A stretch of DNA of 64,000 bases, taken from NCBI GenBank assembly GCA_017443895.1, contig JAFSXU010000053.1, positions 40,802 to 104,801 on the forward strand. The letters are read 5' to 3'. The stretch is from Clostridia bacterium. GTDB lineage: Bacteria > Bacillota > Clostridia > UBA1381. A program made the position numbers and the translations under genes. The notes below the pieces were generated by a model. The model saw only the letters and a list, made by a program, of their open reading frames with translations. It searched no databases and had not been told where the DNA came from. This document shows, piece after piece, positions 26,537 through 36,090 of the stretch; positions within the stretch are counted from its first letter, which is position 1; each line of letters opens with the position of its first letter.

Positions 26537-28024
26537 TCAGATTTTTTTGATTATTTCCTTCCACTTCTCATAAGCCTTATCCCATGCTTCGGTATTTTGC
26601 GGAGTGTACTCGGTAATATCAAACGAGTTCTTAACGATTGCTCTGCCCTCGTTTAAGTCCTTTATTGCGCCCATTGCAATACCCTGGACAACAACATTAC
26701 CTATGCTTGTCGCCTCAACGGGGCCTGTTGATACAATTCTGTTTGTTGCGTTTGCGGTAAACTGGCAAAGCACCTTATCCTGTATTCCGCCGCCGACAAT
26801 GTTTATAACATTGTACTTGTTGCCTGTTACCTCTTCCATTCCCTCAACGGTTGCACGGTAGCGCATTGCAAGGCTCTGTGCAATACAGCATACAATTTCA
26901 CCCTTGGTTTCGGGAACTTTCTGACCTGTCTTTTTGCAATACTCACGAATACGGTTTGGCATATCGCCCGGTGTTGAAAACTCAACATAATCAGGATCGA
27001 TAAAGCTCTCAAGCGGAGTTGATGCCTGTGACATCTTTGCAAGCTCGCCAAATGACAGCTCCTCGCCCTCTCTTATCCACTGGCGTCTTGACTCCTGAAC
27101 AAGCCACAAGCCCATAATATTTTTTAAGAAACGGATTGTTTTTCCATATCCGCCCTCGTTTGTAAAGTTATGGTTAAGTGCCATATCGGAGGTGTTTGGC
27201 TCTTTTAATTCAACGCCCATAAGTGACCATGTTCCCGATGAAATATAGATAAAGTCGTCTTTATCGGGAACGGGCACGGACACTACCGCAGAGCCTGTAT
27301 CATGGGATGCAACGGCAATTACCGGCACCTCGCCGATACCCAATTCCTTTGCAAGCTCGGGTTTTACGGTACCAACTACCTGACCCGGCTCTATAACCTC
27401 TGTAAATATGTCCTTTGGAATACCCATTTTATCCATCAAATCGTATGCCCACTCGTATGTTTTTGAGTTATAGAGCTGTGTGGTTGATGCATTAGTGTAT
27501 TCGGTTTTCTTAACGCCTGTTAAGAAGAAGTTAAATAAATCGGGCATCATAAGAAGAGTTTTTGCTTCTTTTAATGTTGAATCATCACTGAGTTTTGCAG
27601 ATAAAAGCTGGAAAATTGTATTAAACCAGTTATATGCGATACCTGTTTCTTTATAAATATCCTCTTTTGATACGCGCTTAAATGCCTCGTCATACATTCC
27701 TTCCGTTCTTGTATCACGGTAATGGTACGGATTTCCCAAAAGCTTATCGTCTTTGTCAAGCAAGCCGTAGTCAACGCCCCATGTATCTATACCTATACAG
27801 TCAATATCACGGTCGCCCGAATTTGCACATTTTAATATTCCCTGCTTTATCTCAAAAAACAGTCTTAAAACATCCCAGTGCATATTTCCGTTTATATTAA
27901 CAGGATCGTTTGAAAATCTGTGTTTTTCCTCTAATTTAATCTTTTCACCGTCAAATGTGGCAAGGATTGCCCTGCCCGACGATGCGCCAAAGTCAAACGC
28001 CAAAAATTTATATGTTTTTGCCAT
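26537..28024 (-). CDS. rhaB: rhamnulokinase (FGGY family)
   Basis: N-terminus FDFGASSGRAIL...HRFSN...MHWDVLRLF matches the RhaB signature (E. coli DLGASSGRV...HRFNN...WDV). Confidence 0.8.
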   Translation of the reverse strand: MAKTYKFLAFDFGASSGRAILATFDGEKIKLEEKHRFSNDPVNINGNMHWDVLRLFFEIKQGILKCANSGDRDIDCIGIDTWGVDYGLLDKDDKLLGNPYHYRDTRTEGMYDEAFKRVSKEDIYKETGIAYNWFNTIFQLLSAKLSDDSTLKEAKTLLMMPDLFNFFLTGVKKTEYTNASTTQLYNSKTYEWAYDLMDKMGIPKDIFTEVIEPGQVVGTVKPELAKELGIGEVPVIAVASHDTGSAVVSVPVPDKDDFIYISSGTWSLMGVELKEPNTSDMALNHNFTNEGGYGKTIRFLKNIMGLWLVQESRRQWIREGEELSFGELAKMSQASTPLESFIDPDYVEFSTPGDMPNRIREYCKKTGQKVPETKGEIVCCIAQSLAMRYRATVEGMEEVTGNKYNVINIVGGGIQDKVLCQFTANATNRIVSTGPVEATSIGNVVVQGIAMGAIKDLNEGRAIVKNSFDITEYTPQNTEAWDKAYEKWKEIIKKI

Positions 28025-28168
28025 AACCAGTTTCCCCTTTTTTAGTATGTTTTATATAAGTTTATTATACAATAAATAGTCTTTTGTGTCAATCATTGCC
28101 AAATATTTATTTACAAAATATCGTTGCTATGGTATACTTAACCTATCAAAAATGAGAGGTGATTTATA

Positions 28169-29155
28169 ATGTACAGCGCAAACGAAAAAAGATACGATAC
28201 AATGAAATACAACCGTTGCGGAAAAAGCGGACTGATGCTAAGCGCCCTGTCGCTTGGAATGTGGCATAATTTCGGCACATATGACGATTACGATAATATG
28301 GTTAAAATGGCAACAACCGCATTTGACCTTGGAATTACACATTTTGACCTTGCAAATAACTACGGACCAATCCCCGGCAGTGCAGAGGAAAATATGGGCA
28401 AAATGCTAAAGAACGAGTTTAAGCCCTACCGTGACGAGCTTATTATATCAACAAAGGCAGGCTATGGTATGTGGGACGGCCCTTACGGGGATCACGGCTC
28501 AAGAAAATACCTCGTTGCAAGCCTTGACCAGTCCTTAAAGCGTATGGGACTTGACTATGTGGATATTTTCTATCACCACAGACCCGATAAGGAAACACCT
28601 ATGGAAGAAACAGCAATGGCGCTTTATGATATTGTAAGATCGGGAAAGGCATTGTATGTGGGTATTTCAAACTACTCGCCCGAGGATACAAAGAAAATGT
28701 CCGATATTTTAAGGTCGTTAAATACACCGCTACTTATTCATCAGGTACGGTATAATATGCTTGAAAGAACACCTGAAAACGGACTTTGGAGTGTTTTAGA
28801 ACAGGAGGGCATCGGCTCAATTTCGTTCTGCCCTCTGGCACAGGGACTTTTGACAAATAAGTATTTAAACGGTATCCCTGCAAATTCAAGAGCGGCAGGC
28901 AGTTCAAAGTTCTTAACATCTGACAGAATTACACCCGAGCTTATCGAAAAAGTTAAAAAGCTAAACGATATTGCCATAAACAGAGGACAAACTCTTGCAC
29001 AAATGGCAGTGCTATGGAATTTAAGAGATAAGCTTACCACCTGCCTTATAGGAGCATCAAGACCTGAACAGATTATGGAAAATGTAAACTCACTTTCAAA
29101 CAGCAAGTTTACAGACGATGAATTAAGGGCAATAGATAAAATTTTAGCAGAATAA
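28169..29155 (+). CDS. aldo/keto reductase (YghZ/L-glyceraldehyde-3-phosphate reductase-like)
   Basis: HFDLANNYG, STKAG and ISNYS motifs; 328 aa. Confidence 0.85.
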   Translation: MYSANEKRYDTMKYNRCGKSGLMLSALSLGMWHNFGTYDDYDNMVKMATTAFDLGITHFDLANNYGPIPGSAEENMGKMLKNEFKPYRDELIISTKAGYGMWDGPYGDHGSRKYLVASLDQSLKRMGLDYVDIFYHHRPDKETPMEETAMALYDIVRSGKALYVGISNYSPEDTKKMSDILRSLNTPLLIHQVRYNMLERTPENGLWSVLEQEGIGSISFCPLAQGLLTNKYLNGIPANSRAAGSSKFLTSDRITPELIEKVKKLNDIAINRGQTLAQMAVLWNLRDKLTTCLIGASRPEQIMENVNSLSNSKFTDDELRAIDKILAE

Positions 29156-29161
29156 TCAACT

Positions 29162-29197
29162 ACCGCCATTGGTTTTATACCGATGGCGGTTTTTTTG
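29162..29197 (+). terminator. intrinsic terminator of the AKR gene
   Basis: Stem ACCGCCAT/ATGGCGGT plus a T7 run. Confidence 0.8.
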
Positions 29198-29200
29198 CGG

Positions 29201-29422
29201 ATAAATTTTGGTTTAGCGGGGTAAATGGGTATTGTTATTGTAGGGCAGGGGCTCTATCAACGGCGTTGTTGCCTCTAAGGGCAACACGCCTATAAATCGC
29301 TTTGCGATTTATCAAGGCTCCTGCCGTTCTGAATATGCGTTGTCGGGGACGGTTGGAGCAAGCCCCAACCCTACGACCATACCAATTTACGATTTTGCAA
29401 TGGTACGCTAAACCCAAATTTA
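29201..29422. repeat. MITE/REP-like palindromic element, copy 2 (222 bp; inverted relative to copy 3; carries a ~66-bp internal insertion at 29254-29319)
   Basis: Same termini and arms as copies 1 and 3. The arm CAGGGGCT|...|CCTGCCG is interrupted by a segment with two small hairpins. Confidence 0.85.
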
Positions 29423-29485
29423 TTTTTGTTTTGTACCCCTGTACCGTATATGCTCAGAGCGAGAGATTTTTGATGCAGAACGGAT

Positions 29486-29530
29486 AAAAAGTAACTCCGA
29501 TAGTACGAGGGTACATCGGAGTTAATTTTT
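29486..29530. terminator. bidirectional terminator
   Basis: Stem TAACTCCGAT/ATCGGAGTTA flanked by an A-run and a T-run. Confidence 0.65.
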
Positions 29531-29574
29531 ATTCGTAGTGTGACGGTCTGCGCAAAAAGATCCGCTCTGAAAAG

Positions 29575-30564
29575 TTATTTAGCCAGCCATACATCCCTGT
29601 AAACGATGTTTCCATGGGTTGCTTCATAGTGGGAAGAAACGGCGACATCAATGTGATGGTAGCCGATACCGCCACCGGTGTCCTCGGCACGGCGCCAGCC
29701 GATACCGTCGATGTAGAGCCATGCAAGCTTAGGAATACCGTCTTTTAGATTTACGCCGATGGTCTGCCCGGGGATAATCTTGCCTGCCCATGCGGTGTTA
29801 TTGCCCCAACCGCCGTTACAGATATTGCAAGGGCAGTATTTGGTTAATTTAAATGTTCCCAGATACTCGCCAATCTCATGAACACCGTCGGGGATATAGT
29901 TAGGCGGTGTAAAACCTGCATAGTAGCGTTCAGGCACCCAACGGTCGGTTTCTTCCAAATTATCCTGCACCTTTACCTCATACGGAATGGAAACATAGGC
30001 AGTCATTTGCTCCTGACTCCATTCAACATTTAAGCCCAATATCTCCATAAGGTTTCTCAAAGGCACCATAAGCGCACTGTCGTCTATCAAGGTTGCGGCG
30101 CCGTCCATTTCAAAGGTCTTGCCAAGACCCCGTATATGCCCCTCGCCTATATCATAGTTATACCTAAACACCGCTTCGCTGTTATCTATCATCATGGAAA
30201 CTGTAATACTTGACGGTGTTCCAAATCCGTTATCGCCAAGCGCATCAAACTGCTCGGCTGCATAGACCTCAATGGGTTTATCTGAATTTTTATCGGCAAT
30301 AACCTTTATAAATGCAGTCTGATTATCCTGATCCCAGCCAACCTTCATTCCTGCATTTTCCGCAAATGTCCGTGTATGTACATAGGTGCGACTGTCAATC
30401 TGTAAAGGCTTATATTCGCCAAAATCTATTACACCTCCGCTGTTATGTAAAATTCCGTCTATCTGCACTTTTATATCGTAGTTTTGCGCCATTGCGCCTG
30501 CACCGAGTGATATGGCAATTATACCTGTAATCAGCATAAGTGCCGTTCTTTTAAGCTTTTTCAT
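29575..30564 (-). CDS. secreted cell-wall protein: copper-amine-oxidase-N stalk domains plus a C-terminal 3D domain
   Basis: Signal peptide, stalk-domain repeats, and a C-terminus FKLTKYCPCNICNGGW...AEDTGGGI...HIDV typical of 3D (MltA-like lytic) domains. Confidence 0.75.
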   Translation of the reverse strand: MKKLKRTALMLITGIIAISLGAGAMAQNYDIKVQIDGILHNSGGVIDFGEYKPLQIDSRTYVHTRTFAENAGMKVGWDQDNQTAFIKVIADKNSDKPIEVYAAEQFDALGDNGFGTPSSITVSMMIDNSEAVFRYNYDIGEGHIRGLGKTFEMDGAATLIDDSALMVPLRNLMEILGLNVEWSQEQMTAYVSIPYEVKVQDNLEETDRWVPERYYAGFTPPNYIPDGVHEIGEYLGTFKLTKYCPCNICNGGWGNNTAWAGKIIPGQTIGVNLKDGIPKLAWLYIDGIGWRRAEDTGGGIGYHHIDVAVSSHYEATHGNIVYRDVWLAK

Positions 30565-30631
30565 TGCTTGTCCTCCTGTGTATATTGCGTATGTACTTTT
30601 GCTACTGTGTTTTTGGTGTTCACCTTATATT

Positions 30632-31708
30632 TTATTCACTGTATGTGCCAAATATGACAATTTCCGTTGCAATATCGTTTACAACCCTTACAAATGCATA
30701 ATTATATTCATATTCGTCAAGATACGCCTTGATATTATCATCCTCATCAAATGCCACATTCGGGATTTGGGATTTTAAAATATCCGCCGTTGTGCCAAGG
30801 CTCACCCTGTTACTTGCCTTTACATCACACAGATATACTATGGTATCGGGCGTATAGGTAATCTCAATCGCCTTATCCATAAGTCCTGTTTTATTATACA
30901 AAACAAGGGTTTTACTGTGTTTTTTTATAACAGGTCCATATGCGAATTGGTATTTATCAGACGAGTGTATGCCGTACTGCATAACCGTACCGATTTTCGG
31001 AGCGCCGTAAACAAAATTATCAAATGTTGCAAACAGCTTTTCAAAGTTTGTGCCGTAATCAATATCAGATGTTACGGGGTTATCATCGGCAGGGCGTGTT
31101 ACAAGCGCTATATTTTTAACCTCGCCCGATGCCGAGATTTCAAGGTATATTACATCACCCTCCGATAAATCCGAGGCGTTTTTGCCCTCCATATAGCTAA
31201 AATGCTCCGCCGCCGCTTTAATCTCCACATCACGGGGTATAATAAATCGCTCCTCGCCTCCCCGTATATATGTATCCACCGCATACTTGGTATCGCCGTT
31301 ATTATGTACTGCGCTTATCTCCTTAACAATCGCTATTGTATGCACTGCATCTGCCGCGCGTTCATAGATTTTAGGGTATGTGCTTTGCGGTGTAGGTGTA
31401 GGTGCTATAGTGCTTTTAGGTAATATATCAACATCGGAAAATGTGCTGTTATGCGGTATATACACCTTATAATTTAAGCTGTTATCCGCATTTTGAAGAA
31501 CAAACCCGTCATCTGTTTTGTTAATCAGCTTTGACATTAAGAGCTTTTTGTTATCATCATAGCCCGAGAGCACTATATAGCTATCCGACACTGCATTTAT
31601 TCTAAGGTCAGAATTATAAAATTCTGCATTTATAGTATTTGCGCTTACGCTTGTTCCAAGCAACATAAAAAGCGCAAGAACAAATGATGCAAGTTTTTTC
31701 ATTACCAT
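30632..31708 (-). CDS. secreted protein of unknown function
   Basis: Signal peptide MKKLASFVLALFMLLGTSVSA. Its start overlaps the stop of the upstream ATPase gene. Confidence 0.6.
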   Translation of the reverse strand: MVMKKLASFVLALFMLLGTSVSANTINAEFYNSDLRINAVSDSYIVLSGYDDNKKLLMSKLINKTDDGFVLQNADNSLNYKVYIPHNSTFSDVDILPKSTIAPTPTPQSTYPKIYERAADAVHTIAIVKEISAVHNNGDTKYAVDTYIRGGEERFIIPRDVEIKAAAEHFSYMEGKNASDLSEGDVIYLEISASGEVKNIALVTRPADDNPVTSDIDYGTNFEKLFATFDNFVYGAPKIGTVMQYGIHSSDKYQFAYGPVIKKHSKTLVLYNKTGLMDKAIEITYTPDTIVYLCDVKASNRVSLGTTADILKSQIPNVAFDEDDNIKAYLDEYEYNYAFVRVVNDIATEIVIFGTYSE

Positions 31709-32865
31709 TATTTCTCCTTATTTTTTGCCACATAGTTTGCCACAAACTGCTTTGCGCAACGGCCTGTTTTTCCGCCATGGTTCATCTGCCATACAACAGC
31801 CGCCTTTTCTATATCGGCATTTATCTCTATGCCATGATTTTTAAGCATTTGATCTACAATATGCAGATACTCCTTTTGGTCGGGCGCGGAGAATACAAGA
31901 CTTATCCCAAAACGCTCCGATAATGACAGGGTTTCTTGCATCTGGTCGTTTCTGTGTACCTCGCCTCCGTCTCTGTCAGCCCATGTTTCACGGATTAGGT
32001 GACGGCGGTTTGAGGTTGCATATATCAAAACATTTGACGGATTTGCCTGTAACTGTCCCTCCATTGCAATTTTAAGCGTTCTGTACTCCTTTTCATGAGT
32101 TTCAAAGCTTAAATCGTCAAGGAACAGTATATACTTATCAGGCTTTTTACTGAGCATTTTTGTAAGCTTTGGAATATCGGTAATATATTGTTTGGGGATT
32201 TCGATAAGCCGTAGCCCGTCACCTGCATACATATTCAAAAGTGCCTTTACGCACGATGATTTACCTGTTCCCCTGTCTCCGAACAGTAGCACATTATTTG
32301 AAAGCTTGCCTTTTAAAAATGCCTCGGTATTGTCAATTAAAATCTGTTTCTGATACTCAAGTCCTATAAGCGAATTAAAGGTTACATCTTCAATTTCGCT
32401 TATTCCCTCTATCATACCGTCATACTTAAAGGCGCAGTATTTTGACAGCTCACCGCTTCCCAAAGTCTTATAGTGATTTATTAAAAGCTCCAAAAGCTCC
32501 TTGGCGTTTTTTGCCTCCGTCATTTTTGTTACGGAGTCGGTATATGCCGAAAAATAACCCTTGTCAAAGCTTGACGGAGTGTATTTTATGGTTGCGGCAA
32601 ATAGTTTATCGTAAATCTGGTTTATGTCAAAAAGCGCAATCTTCTTTAAGTCCTTGCCTATCTCTCCGCCTGACTGGGCAATATTTGACAGTACATTATC
32701 ATCGTTTATAAGCAGTGTTACAACATACTCACGAATACTGTTTTTTGTTATGCCGTAAGTCTCGGCAAATTCAATAATCGTACGCATAAGAACAGTGTTA
32801 TCCTTATCAAGAATACCCTGCACGCATTTATCATTTTCAAGCTTGTTATACAGATATAATTCCAC
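31708..32865 (-). CDS. DUF815/COG2607 AAA-type ATPase
   Basis: Walker A GDRGTGKSS and Walker B ILFLDDLSF. Confidence 0.8.
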   Translation of the reverse strand: MELYLYNKLENDKCVQGILDKDNTVLMRTIIEFAETYGITKNSIREYVVTLLINDDNVLSNIAQSGGEIGKDLKKIALFDINQIYDKLFAATIKYTPSSFDKGYFSAYTDSVTKMTEAKNAKELLELLINHYKTLGSGELSKYCAFKYDGMIEGISEIEDVTFNSLIGLEYQKQILIDNTEAFLKGKLSNNVLLFGDRGTGKSSCVKALLNMYAGDGLRLIEIPKQYITDIPKLTKMLSKKPDKYILFLDDLSFETHEKEYRTLKIAMEGQLQANPSNVLIYATSNRRHLIRETWADRDGGEVHRNDQMQETLSLSERFGISLVFSAPDQKEYLHIVDQMLKNHGIEINADIEKAAVVWQMNHGGKTGRCAKQFVANYVAKNKEK

Positions 32866-33033
32866 CGTTTTTCTCCTTTAATATATGTATTCTGTGCATT
32901 ATATCATATATCTTTAAAAAATGCAAATTTTTGATTTTTGTGCGGTAAATATGCCGATATTTAGGCAACTCTTGAAAATCTGTGCAGGATATGATATACT
33001 GATACAAAACATTTTACAAGGAGAAATTTGACT

Positions 33034-33726
33034 ATGTTAGAAGAATTAAAAGAGCAGGTCTGGCTTGCAAACCTTGATTTACCAAAGCACGGACTTGTTA
33101 CATTTACATGGGGTAATGTTTCGGGTATTGACCGTGACAAGGGATTATTTGTTATAAAGCCGTCGGGCGTTGAATATGACAAGCTAAGGCCTGAGCATAT
33201 GGTGGTTGTTGACCTTGACGGAAACAAGGTTGAGGGCGACCTTAACCCATCATCGGACACACCTACACATCTTGAGCTTTACAAGGCATTTCCTGAGTGC
33301 GGAGGCATCGTGCACACCCATTCATCATGGGCAACAACCTTTGCACAGGCTTGCCGTGGAATACCTGCATTTGGGACAACTCACGCAGATTATTTCTACG
33401 GTGAAATTCCCGCAACAAGGGTTTTAACAAAGGAAGAGATTGAGGGCGAATACGAGAAAAATACAGGCCTTGTTATAATCGAAACCTTTAAGGATTTAGA
33501 TCCTATGGCAATCCCGGGCGTTCTTGTATCAAACCATGGCCCGTTTGCCTGGGGCACAGATGCTCACAATGCAGTGCATAATGCGGTTGTTATGGAGGAG
33601 GTCGCAAAAATGGCACTCCATGCAATTGAGTTAAATCGTGAGCTTATGCCTATTTCACAGGCAATCCTTGATAAGCACTATTTAAGAAAGCACGGTAAAA
33701 ACGCATATTACGGTCAGGGTAAATAA
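33034..33726 (+). CDS. araD: L-ribulose-5-phosphate 4-epimerase
   Basis: [34 protein letters not shown]...VIKPSGV...HTHS. AAGGAG RBS 10 nt upstream of the ATG at 33034. Confidence 0.9.
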   Translation: MLEELKEQVWLANLDLPKHGLVTFTWGNVSGIDRDKGLFVIKPSGVEYDKLRPEHMVVVDLDGNKVEGDLNPSSDTPTHLELYKAFPECGGIVHTHSSWATTFAQACRGIPAFGTTHADYFYGEIPATRVLTKEEIEGEYEKNTGLVIIETFKDLDPMAIPGVLVSNHGPFAWGTDAHNAVHNAVVMEEVAKMALHAIELNRELMPISQAILDKHYLRKHGKNAYYGQGK

Positions 33727-33750
33727 CCCATACTTTTTAAGGAGCTACAT

Positions 33751-35382
33751 ATGAAAAAGGATTTACTTGCCGTATATGCTCAAAAGGCGGCATTTGGAGC
33801 TATTCTTCTTTTAGTTTCGATTATAGGCTATTCCATGCTCTTATTTGCAATACATATACCCATGGGCGTGTACAGCGCAACCGTCCCTGCAATCGGGCTT
33901 TTAATATATTTCTTTGTTTTTGACAGGGAAGTATTTTGGGGACTTTTAATTGATATTGCAATACTTATAGTTTTTGCGATAGTCTGCACGCACATATTTG
34001 ACTGGTCATATGACGGAATGTATTATCATAAAGAGGCTATTATAACACTCCAAAAAGGCTGGAACCCGATTTATGAGAGCTGTACCCGTCAAGAGCCGTT
34101 AAATGAAAATGCAGATTTGACGCTTTGGCTTGATAATTACCCAAAAGGGCTTTGGATATGCTCGGCAGCAATTTATTGCCTTACGCATCTTTTAGAGTCT
34201 GCAAAGGCGATAAACATAATGTTTATTATACTGCTGTTCGGCGTGGCACTTGATACATTTATAACGGTATTCGGACAGTCAAAAAGAAAGTCAATTGCAT
34301 TTTCGGCGCTTGTATGTATCAATCCTTTGTTTATCAGCCAGATATTTACAACATATAACGATTTGGCAGTCGGTGTTTTGGTTATCACAACCGCATTTTT
34401 AGGCATCAGGATATACAGCGAGGCTGCAAATTCATACACATACGGAACACTGTTTTTAGTATGCGTTATGAGCTGTCTTGTTAAGTTCACGGCACCGTTA
34501 TTGGTGGGAATTGTGCTTATAGCATACGGGATTATGTATGTGTTAAAGGTTAAGGGTATAAGCGTTGATTTAAAGAAAAGCGCAATTGCAATTTTTGCGG
34601 GTTTTTTTGCAGGAACCTTGCTCTTTGGCTATGCGCCGTATACAAAGCATATTATTGACGGGCAGAATTTGGTATACCCCGTTCTTGGCGAAAATTCCTA
34701 CGATATTATGAATACAAATCCACCCAAGGGCTTTGAAAAGAAGTCAGGGCCCGAAAAATACTTTATATCGCTCTTTTCAAAGACCTCAAACGACAAGGAA
34801 AAGGGATATACTCTAAAAATCCCGTTTTCAATACATGAGGATGAGCTAAAAAGTCTTTCCAATGCCGATATACGGCTTGGCGGTTTTGGGGTATGGTTTA
34901 GCGCAATACTCATTTTATCCGTACTGCTTACCGTAATCGCAATTATAAGGCGGAAAATGTATTTTGGAAAAGAGACACTCATACTGCTTGTAACCTTTAT
35001 CCTGCTTGGTCTGTTCTTCCCTGAGAGCTGGTGGGCAAGATATGCAAGCTATACCTACTATATACCTATATTCCTGCTGTTTTTGGTATCGCAGGATAGG
35101 GCGCTTAAAGTCCCTGTACTTCTTATAATGCTTATAATCTTAACAAACAGTGTATTCAGCGCCTTTTATGTAGTAAAAGACGGCTTGTATATGACAAATT
35201 ATTTAGGAGAAATGCTTGATAGTATAAAAGCGAAAAATAAAAAAATAGAAATTCGTATAAACGATTTCCCGTCACATTTGCAGATGTTTTACGAAAAAGG
35301 AATTGATTTTACAATTTCATATACCCCTATCCCCGATGCAATCGTTTTTCATGGGGATACAAAGTACAGATTTATAGATTAG
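33751..35382 (+). CDS. polytopic membrane protein of unknown function (543 aa)
   Basis: At least 10 hydrophobic segments and a soluble C-terminal tail. The shape resembles a glycosyltransferase-C fold, but I recognise no motif. Confidence 0.5.
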   Translation: MKKDLLAVYAQKAAFGAILLLVSIIGYSMLLFAIHIPMGVYSATVPAIGLLIYFFVFDREVFWGLLIDIAILIVFAIVCTHIFDWSYDGMYYHKEAIITLQKGWNPIYESCTRQEPLNENADLTLWLDNYPKGLWICSAAIYCLTHLLESAKAINIMFIILLFGVALDTFITVFGQSKRKSIAFSALVCINPLFISQIFTTYNDLAVGVLVITTAFLGIRIYSEAANSYTYGTLFLVCVMSCLVKFTAPLLVGIVLIAYGIMYVLKVKGISVDLKKSAIAIFAGFFAGTLLFGYAPYTKHIIDGQNLVYPVLGENSYDIMNTNPPKGFEKKSGPEKYFISLFSKTSNDKEKGYTLKIPFSIHEDELKSLSNADIRLGGFGVWFSAILILSVLLTVIAIIRRKMYFGKETLILLVTFILLGLFFPESWWARYASYTYYIPIFLLFLVSQDRALKVPVLLIMLIILTNSVFSAFYVVKDGLYMTNYLGEMLDSIKAKNKKIEIRINDFPSHLQMFYEKGIDFTISYTPIPDAIVFHGDTKYRFID

Positions 35383-35415
35383 GGAGATTGTTATATTTTA
35401 AACAATCAAAAACAC

Positions 35416-35448
35416 AAAGAGACTGTTGCCTAACGCAACAGTCTCTTT
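35416..35448. terminator. bidirectional terminator
   Basis: Perfect 14-bp stem AAAGAGACTGTTGC/GCAACAGTCTCTTT. Confidence 0.8.
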
Positions 35449-35451
35449 AAA

Positions 35452-35742
35452 TTATTCTGTTATTTCTGCCATGTCGTCTTGTATTTCTGCATACTTGTCC
35501 AAAATTTTTCTTTCAAGTTCTGCACGAGTTTCACTATTGATTGGGTGTGCGATGTCCTTAAATACACCTTCAGGTGTTCTTCTGCTTGGCATTGCTGTAA
35601 ATAACCTGTCCTGGCTCTCTATAACTTTTATGTCATGAACAGCAAATGCATCGTCAAATGTAACTGATACTATCGCTTTCATTTTACCCTCACCCGATAT
35701 TTTTTTAATTCTAATATCTGTAATGTTCAACCCGTTCACCAC
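35452..35742 (-). CDS. spoVG: septation/sporulation regulator SpoVG
   Basis: ITDIRIKKI...[21 protein letters not shown]...[12 protein letters not shown]. The true start may be the TTG at 35730. Confidence 0.93.
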   Translation of the reverse strand: MVNGLNITDIRIKKISGEGKMKAIVSVTFDDAFAVHDIKVIESQDRLFTAMPSRRTPEGVFKDIAHPINSETRAELERKILDKYAEIQDDMAEITE

Positions 35743-35807
35743 CTTCCGTATTATTTTCCCCTATCAGGGTTTCTGATGTCGCTCCAGTGATGTCCTTGTT
35801 ATCATAT

Positions 35808-35836
35808 ATAATACCTAAAATTCTACAAATTGTCAA
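35808..35836 (-). promoter_or_regulatory. sigma-A type promoter of spoVG (TTGACA-17-TATTAT)
   Basis: The reverse complement reads TTGACAatttgtagaattttaggTATTAT. Confidence 0.45.
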
Positions 35837-36090
35837 GTGACTTGTCGAATTTTCCTAAAATTATGCGAAAAAATCACTGTTTTTTATTTATCAACTGTCC
35901 GTATCTGTGTACATTATTTTTTCACAGACACGATTTTTTATGATTTTTTCTATAATATGCACAAATAAGCAAGGAAATATAAAAAAAGTATTTTCATTTT
36001 TACGATAAAGGTGTATAATATAAGTGTATGCAATTAAATGGGCTAACTTGACTGCTAAATCAGTTACCCATTGCAGAATGGAGATTTTTT

